Assembly: GCA_048887225.1 (NCBI GenBank)
Contig: JBHLJY010000005.1
Coordinates: 64,001-128,000 of the forward strand
Length of the DNA stretch: 64,000 bases
DNA from: Candidatus Hodarchaeota archaeon
Lineage (GTDB): Archaea; Asgardarchaeota; Lokiarchaeia; Sigyniarchaeales; SOKP01
Direction of reading: 5' to 3'
The notes under the pieces: model-generated
Database searches by the model: none
The model's input: only the letters and a program-made list of their open reading frames with translations
Told to the model about the DNA's origin: nothing
Shown: piece after piece, positions 58,601-64,000 of the stretch
Position numbering within the stretch: the first letter of the stretch is position 1
Layout of the letters: each line of letters opens with the position of its first letter
Made by a program: the position numbers and the translations under genes

Positions 58601-60561
58601 AATCTTCAGTTTATTTAAGATACGATTCTAACGGAAATAAAATCGGCTTCAGTGGTCTTCTGAGAGATATCACAGAAAAGAGGGAAGCAGAAGAGAAATT
58701 AAAAGAATCAGAAGAAAAGTTTAGAAAAATTACCGAACAAACTCTCCTAGGGATTACTATTCTTCAAGATAATGTAATTAAATATGCAAATCAACATCTC
58801 TCAGATATAAGTGGTTACTCAATTGAGGAAATGAAAAGCTGGAGCCCTAGAGAATTTTTAAATTTTGTCCACCCAGATTATCAAAAAATAGTTTTAGACC
58901 AAACTAGTAAAAAGCAGAAGGGTTTAGAAGATGTTATAAATCATTATATTCTTAAAATTATTAAAAAGACGGGCGAGGAAATATGGGTTGAAAATTATTC
59001 TAAAACAATTACATACCAGAATAAACCTGCAGATCTCGTTACAATAATAGACATTACCGATAAAAAAAAAGCAGAAGAGAAATTAAAGGAATCAGAAGAA
59101 AAGTACAGAAAAATGATTGAGGAGTTAGATTTAGGGTTTTATCAAGTAGCTTGGGATGGTTCAATACTAAATGTTAATCCAGCACTTAGGAAAATAATGG
59201 GATATGATGAGTCTGTAAATTTAGATGAAATAAACACTTTAGATTTTTGGAAAACCGATGAAGATCGAAAGAAATTTGTTAAAGAATTATTAGAACACGA
59301 TTTTGTTGATGATTTCATCGCTCAGGGTAAAAATAGGTACAATTTAGATGTAGCTTTACGAGTGGATTCTCATTTAATAAGAGATGAAAACGGAAAACCA
59401 ATAAGAATTGAAGGAACTATGTCTGATATTACTGATAAATTCAAATTAGAGCAAAAGTTAAAGCGTTCAGAAGAAAGATATCGTCATCTTTTTGAAAGTT
59501 CTCCTTTTGCGATAATATTGATAGATTATAATAATATAGTTAGGGAGTGTAATCCTGCAACTGTAAAAATTATTGGATACGAAAAGGAAGAATTAATCGG
59601 TAGATCACTTTACAATCTTTCAATTGTTCATCCAGAATATATACCAATATTTGTTAAGCGATTGAAATTATTTTTTAAAGGACAATCAATACCCGCTATT
59701 GACGTGAAATTATATAAAAAAGATGGAACTTTATTTTGGGCAAATATTATATCTACAAGCATCAAATTAGGTAATGAAACATTTATTCAAGTTATGGGGC
59801 ATGATATCACGGAACGTAAAAAAGCTGAGCTTCTTGTTAAGGAGGAAGTAGAAAAACTGAAAGAGTTAGATCAAATTAGAAGAGAGCTTATCTCGAGAGT
59901 ATCGCATGAATTAAAAACTCCTTTAATTCCTGTGTTAGGTGGTGCTGAATATCTTCTACACTCGTATAAATTTGATAAGGAACAATTAGAAATATTAGAA
60001 ATGATGGAGAAGGGAGGTAAGCGCTTAGCTAAATTGGTTGAAAATTTACTTGATATAACTCGAATTGAATACAAAAAATTCGAACTAAAGAAACAAATGA
60101 CCAATTTGAGTGAAATTATTAAAGAAACCGTTAGCGATATGAAATACTTAATAAAAAAACGAGATATCGACCTAAATTTAGTAGTTCCTGACGATTTATA
60201 TTTGGAAATTGATAGTAGTAGAATGGAACAAGTAATTACAAATTTATTATCGAATGCAATAAAGAATTCTCCTCCGAAAGGTAGAGTAAGTTTAGCTTTA
60301 GAGAAATATGGCAATTGGGCAATATTTTCGGTTAGCGATACAGGAGTTGGATTTACTGAAGAAGAAATGAAAAGGATATTTACTAGATTCGGTAAAATCG
60401 AAAGATATGGGGAGGGTTTAGAATATGTCGACATGGAAGGCTCTGGTCTTGGATTATATATCACTAAACAAATAGTTGATCTACATGGTGGAAAAATTTG
60501 GGTGGAATCTACTGGAAGGAATAAAGGTTGTATATTTAATGTTAGACTCCCTATCATTTAA
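55672..60561 (+). CDS. Cytoplasmic multi-PAS (11 PAS/PAC repeats) sensor histidine kinase
   Basis: 11 repeats ending in DI(T/S) linkers, HisKA SHELKTPL, HATPase NLLSNAIK/DTGVG/GSGLGL; no TM segment. Confidence 0.93.
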   Translation: MNEDIRKKKSEVEYRLILENANDLIAVLNEKSEYEFINEKTHLKLTGYDREDLIGKPALDFVHPDEREVAKSAIKKAFEVGEYTGELRMRNKKDFYGWVYVKGKVFNDQEGKRKLLTIARDITERKKIEDVLRESEERYKDLFNSSPDGIVTTTLDGKFLNANKAYQDMLGYTLEELKSMNFQLITPKKWHEAEAEAIKNFIFEGHGTFEKEYIRKDGTIFPISLTGWLIKDEQGNPIKIGALIKDITEYKFAEQILKESEKRFRSLYENALVGLWTSKIKDGKFIRANDTAAKIAGYDNAEDLINNSTAIKLFNYEDRVEFIRQLREHGVKSGFDAELVDKNGNRKGISISGRIDQEKGTIEGAFIDISERIKSEQNLRDSEEKYSNLFHGSNDAIFIHDLEGNIIDINQKVLDLFGYTKSEMLSLKIAKIHPTEALSMSKKAFEEISQKGFVRFEINFKKKNGDIFPAEVSSSIFNLGRNKVIQGIVRDITERRKAEQKLKSSEGRFKEIFENANDGILIGNPNENKFYMANKSICEMFGYNLEEFNKIGAFGFYFKEDLPYIKEQYDKQMSGKLPLAINIPTRKKDGTKFYVDISTKNITIDGKTYMLGVFRDITERRKAEDKLKDSELKYRHLFESSPYFIGLLDLKGNLIDCNTVVNKFLSVHTKEDLIGKNFTEIVSLTDRNKHLSPMLKELFYNIIKGEIIEAVEFPIYRSIGDIKWLSLHASLIEIENETLIQILMQDITEKKKAEQELKESEEKYRTLVETSPNSIVLLDINGIIIDCNKETELLIDLEREEIVGKNFIDLYTMPRNKIPSLIKIFEKIKKGEITSPIEFEYVNKQGKEVWVEAYISLVKIEDEMLIQIVSIDITSRKIAEQSLKDSEKKYRNIIESIKEGYFEVDLKGNFTFFNDALIEMTGYTREEAMGTNFSNYMSEENSKRTFRLFNEVYNTGIPQKSFQYEFFRKDGRIMYGESSVYLRYDSNGNKIGFSGLLRDITEKREAEEKLKESEEKFRKITEQTLLGITILQDNVIKYANQHLSDISGYSIEEMKSWSPREFLNFVHPDYQKIVLDQTSKKQKGLEDVINHYILKIIKKTGEEIWVENYSKTITYQNKPADLVTIIDITDKKKAEEKLKESEEKYRKMIEELDLGFYQVAWDGSILNVNPALRKIMGYDESVNLDEINTLDFWKTDEDRKKFVKELLEHDFVDDFIAQGKNRYNLDVALRVDSHLIRDENGKPIRIEGTMSDITDKFKLEQKLKRSEERYRHLFESSPFAIILIDYNNIVRECNPATVKIIGYEKEELIGRSLYNLSIVHPEYIPIFVKRLKLFFKGQSIPAIDVKLYKKDGTLFWANIISTSIKLGNETFIQVMGHDITERKKAELLVKEEVEKLKELDQIRRELISRVSHELKTPLIPVLGGAEYLLHSYKFDKEQLEILEMMEKGGKRLAKLVENLLDITRIEYKKFELKKQMTNLSEIIKETVSDMKYLIKKRDIDLNLVVPDDLYLEIDSSRMEQVITNLLSNAIKNSPPKGRVSLALEKYGNWAIFSVSDTGVGFTEEEMKRIFTRFGKIERYGEGLEYVDMEGSGLGLYITKQIVDLHGGKIWVESTGRNKGCIFNVRLPII

Positions 60562-60583
60562 GCTAATATATATCGAGAAAGAT

Positions 60584-61159
60584 TTACAAAATTTTTGCTA
60601 ATTTATATCCTTCTTCAATCAGTTCAATGTTTAATCTAGCTAAATTTTTATTCATTCTTTTTTGAACAACTTTATTTATATTATCTAAACTTAAGCCATT
60701 TAAAGATTTAGAAAGTAAACCTAAAATTGGAGTATTAACTATTGGAGCTCCATCAATGATTAAGCCTTTCTCTAAAGCCAATTTATTTATATCAGCAACG
60801 ATAATCCTAATGTTGGAAAGGTTATATTTATCTGCAAAATATTTAGGTCCTTTTTCAGAATTTATAATAAAAATTCCGTCTTTTTTTAAAGAAGAAGTAA
60901 TTGTTTGATTTAATACGGTCTCATCAAGAGCAATTATAATATCTGGAGCTTCTATTTGAGTACGATCCCATATTTTTTCTTTTTTAGAAAGTTTAGCAAA
61001 CGCTTGGACAGGCGCTCCCCTTCTCTCAGCTCCAAAAGAAGGATATGCGTGAACATCTGCAAAATTACCTCCTAAAAATGCTGCTTCTGCAATGATTTCG
61101 CACGCAGTTACTGCACCTTGACCTCCTCGACCGTGAATTACAATATTAATAACGTCCAT
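60584..61159 (-). CDS. porG: 2-oxoacid:ferredoxin oxidoreductase gamma subunit
   Basis: HGRGGQGAVT, PSFGAERRGAPV and NTPILG motifs. Confidence 0.93.
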   Translation of the reverse strand: MDVINIVIHGRGGQGAVTACEIIAEAAFLGGNFADVHAYPSFGAERRGAPVQAFAKLSKKEKIWDRTQIEAPDIIIALDETVLNQTITSSLKKDGIFIINSEKGPKYFADKYNLSNIRIIVADINKLALEKGLIIDGAPIVNTPILGLLSKSLNGLSLDNINKVVQKRMNKNLARLNIELIEEGYKLAKIL

Positions 61160-61355
61160 TGAAAAGAAGTTTGCTGATTAAAGTATAATATACTGAAATA
61201 TTACTTTTTAATATGAAATATATTTTATAATTAAAAATTTTTCTTTATTTTGGATAATATTTCGAGTGGTAAAAGAGGTGGTTAAACTTATTTTGTCTCC
61301 TTTTTTCTAATTTTTATTTAAAGCTTAAAGAAAATTTTCAGAAAGAAAATATTAA

Positions 61356-61925
61356 TTAAAAATTTCGTAATATAGAAGGATTTCTATTATTTCCAAATTT
61401 AGCTTGTAATAAATTCTTTTGCAGACATTTTAATATATTGTTTTTTCCCGTTTTTGAGAGTCCATAGGTAAAAATTTTATTTGCATTCTGTTTAATTATG
61501 GCTTTTTCTTTTGGTAAAGATTGATTAAATGAATGAAAAAGATTTACGATTTCATAATATTTTTCTTTATCTCCAAATTTTTCAGATTCACAGTGAAATC
61601 CTTTATAAACTTCAGGAATATTTTGAAGTTCAATCACGAAAAACTCCATTATTTCTTTAAACGAGCTTAAATTATATTGTTGTTCAAAACAGATAAGACT
61701 TACCATGATAAATTCCACATTTCCTCTTGCCAAAGGGCTATAAATTTCAAAAAGCAGGTTAATAGTCCTTATAGGACCAAATTCGTGAATAAAAAAGCCT
61801 TCTCTGTAGAGATCCATAAGAAGAGGAATGTGATCTAGATGAATTGAGTTCTTTAGCTCAGGGGCTTTTAATAAAATCCTTGGTCCAGATATATTGTTAA
61901 AATAACTTAGGAGAGGATAAATCAT
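61356..61925 (-). CDS. Longin/uDENN-like protein ending in a truncated GTPase-like stub
   Basis: LSYFNNISGPRI N-terminus; C-terminal KIFTYGLSKTGKNNIL resembles beta1 plus G1 of a small GTPase. Confidence 0.5.
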   Translation of the reverse strand: MIYPLLSYFNNISGPRILLKAPELKNSIHLDHIPLLMDLYREGFFIHEFGPIRTINLLFEIYSPLARGNVEFIMVSLICFEQQYNLSSFKEIMEFFVIELQNIPEVYKGFHCESEKFGDKEKYYEIVNLFHSFNQSLPKEKAIIKQNANKIFTYGLSKTGKNNILKCLQKNLLQAKFGNNRNPSILRNF

Positions 61926-62292
61926 TTATTGTATCAACTCTAGCTTTATTTATAGCGATCAAAATAAATAATCTTATATTATTTGGATATTATAACACAA
62001 AATATTATGCGAATACAATTATTAAAAAAGCTATTCTCGGTTCTTCGACTCGAACCTTAAAAGAGGTAGGATCGTATTTTTCACCAATAGTATTACTAAT
62101 TGGTATTGATTTCCAAAATCTGTACTATGGGAATATCTATCACATAATTTTAAAAAATTTTTTACAGTCTCTTAATAATAATAGTAATAAATATTTGTTA
62201 ATGTTATTAAAAATTTAACAATTAGAGTTAATATTAATTTTTTCTATTAATAATTAGATTTTTTTAAAATTATTTATAAGTATAGCATTGAA

Positions 62293-64000
62293 ATGTCTTT
62301 GGAAGGAATTAATATTAAGAAGCTAACACCGATGCTCCGCCACTGGTTATCAATTCGTCAAAAATTTGATGACGATTATTTAATTGCTTACCGCATGGGC
62401 GATTTCTATGAGTTTTTTTATGATGACGCGAAAAGAGTTTCAAAACTTATCGGGATAACTTTAACAAAGAGGGGTGATGTACCTCTCGCGGGAATCCCTC
62501 ATCATGCAGGGCATAACTATTTTAATAATTTAATGAATCTTGGAGAAACTGTAATAATTGTTGATCAATTAGAGGATCCTGCTAATGTGAAAGGGAGGAT
62601 TGTAAAAAGAGGAGTAACTCGGATACTCTCGCCAGGAACTATAATTGAACCTAATATGTTAAAGGCTAATGAAAATAATTATATCGCTTCCATGGTTAAA
62701 AATAGAAAAGGATTCGGTGTTGCTTTTGCAGATATTTCTACTGGAGAATTTATAGCAACCGAGTTTTCTTCAAAAGAGAAAGACCCTCAAGAAAAATTAC
62801 TAAGTATTTTTTCTCAATATGATCCTGTGGAATTGATAATTTCTCCCGAACTTAAAAAAGATGAGAGATTTTTTATTCTTTTAACAGATTTAACAGAAGC
62901 TATAATTAAAACATATGAAGAATATGTATTCAACTATGAGGAATCTTATACTTTAATAACGCGTCATTTTAAGGTTTCCAATTTAGAAAGTTTTGGAATA
63001 GAAGGAAAAAAAATGGCAATTCGAGCCGCTGGAGGTCTTTTAGCCTTTTTAAAAGAAACTCAGAGAGATATTATCCCTAATATATTTAAAATAAATGTCA
63101 TTCACGAAAAAAATATATTACATTTAGATTATATTACCCAAAGAAATTTGGAATTGATTCATTCATTATGGGAAAAGGGAAAAGAAGCAACTCTTTATTC
63201 CATATTTAACAATACTCATACACCTATGGGTGCTCGTTTACTAAAGAAATTCATTTTACAACCTCTTACAAATATTGAAGTAATAAATCAGAGACTTAAT
63301 ATTGTTCAAAAATTTAGAGATGACATTTTTTTAAGATCTGAATTAAGAGAGGAATTAAAAGTAATAGGAGATCTGGAAAGATTCATAAATAGGATTAATT
63401 ACACTTCTCGAATTAATGCTCGTGACTTAATCAACATCAAAAATTCATTAGAAAAGATCCCGAAGATTAAAGGATTATTAGAAAAAGCAGATATTCCTGA
63501 GATTTCAAAGTTTCATGAAAATATAAATACATTTGAGGACATTAAAAATTTTATTGAGGTTTCAATAAGAGATGACCCCCCTATTACAATAAGGGAAGGA
63601 AATATTATAAGAGAGGGGTTCAATGAAAAAGTTGATGAGCTTAGAGATATGATCCATAATGGTAAAAAATATATATTAAAATATGAAAATGAACAAAAGA
63701 AGCGGTGGAATCTAACTTCAGGCCTCAAAGTTGGGCATAACAATATACTTGGTTATTATATTCAAATCACTTTTAAAACTTTAGGATCAATCTCTAAGCT
63801 TCCAGAAGAATATGTTGAACGTCAAACTCTTAAAAGTGCAAGAAGATACACAACATCAAAATTAAAAGAGCTAGAGGAGAAAATTGTAAATGCTGAGGAG
63901 CAGATTAATGAATTAGAATATGAAATTTTCAATACGATTCGGGAAAAAGTTGAGAAAGAGACTACAAATATTCTTGATACTGCAAGAAATATAGCTATCA
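62293..64000 (+). CDS. mutS: DNA mismatch repair protein MutS (partial, runs off the window; absent from the ORF track)
   Basis: ATG at 62293; translates to LTPMLRHW...YRMGDFYEFFYDDA...GITLTKR..VPLAGIP; later ADISTGEF, TQRNLEL, TPMGARLL and DLER. Confidence 0.95.
   Translation, partial: MSLEGINIKKLTPMLRHWLSIRQKFDDDYLIAYRMGDFYEFFYDDAKRVSKLIGITLTKRGDVPLAGIPHHAGHNYFNNLMNLGETVIIVDQLEDPANVKGRIVKRGVTRILSPGTIIEPNMLKANENNYIASMVKNRKGFGVAFADISTGEFIATEFSSKEKDPQEKLLSIFSQYDPVELIISPELKKDERFFILLTDLTEAIIKTYEEYVFNYEESYTLITRHFKVSNLESFGIEGKKMAIRAAGGLLAFLKETQRDIIPNIFKINVIHEKNILHLDYITQRNLELIHSLWEKGKEATLYSIFNNTHTPMGARLLKKFILQPLTNIEVINQRLNIVQKFRDDIFLRSELREELKVIGDLERFINRINYTSRINARDLINIKNSLEKIPKIKGLLEKADIPEISKFHENINTFEDIKNFIEVSIRDDPPITIREGNIIREGFNEKVDELRDMIHNGKKYILKYENEQKKRWNLTSGLKVGHNNILGYYIQITFKTLGSISKLPEEYVERQTLKSARRYTTSKLKELEEKIVNAEEQINELEYEIFNTIREKVEKETTNILDTARNIAI

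Noticed and set aside
55672-59830. Periodic nucleotide similarity suggesting a repeat array or CRISPR
   Set aside because: Explained by PAS-PAC linker coding repeats at roughly 370-nt spacing; no identical repeats with unique spacers and no cas genes.
59871-60557. 228-aa antisense ORF and the other short ORFs overlapping long genes
   Set aside because: They are shadows of well-supported genes on the opposite strand or in another frame, with no motifs.
62040-62065. GGTTCGAGTC on the minus strand resembling a tRNA T-loop
   Set aside because: The flanks cannot form a T-stem and no cloverleaf or acceptor stem is present.

Overview
AT-rich, gene-dense chromosomal segment of an archaeon, most likely an Asgard archaeon of the Lokiarchaeia/Promethearchaeia type. 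This is inferred from the archaeal information-processing genes (Rpo3/RpoD, eL18, uL13, uS9, thermosome, Rio2, Lsm, TrmI, Clp1/Nol9-like kinase) occurring with eukaryote-like proteins: a Rag-like GTPase with a roadblock-type C-terminus, an MglA-like GTPase, a longin/uDENN-like protein, a vWA-C4HC3 finger protein and a PPP phosphatase. Metabolic content: an hdrA-mvhD/hdrC/hdrB/metV/metF operon, GTP-dependent PEPCK, a ThDP enzyme/Zn-ADH/GH4 cluster, two tandem GPH-type MFS transporters, glyA, aroA/aroC, hisI, trpS, and a porGDAB-type 2-oxoacid:ferredoxin oxidoreductase cluster split by an antisense 11-PAS histidine kinase. An orphan N6-adenine DNA methyltransferase is present and mutS runs off the right edge. 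I found no rRNA, tRNA, CRISPR array or transposase. The best candidate for an undescribed system is a tightly linked circularly permuted ATP-grasp amide ligase plus M14-type zinc peptidase pair (42532-45147), downstream of a Clp1-like kinase and FmdE, which looks like a peptide-bond writer/eraser module. All calls come from motif reading by eye, not database searches.
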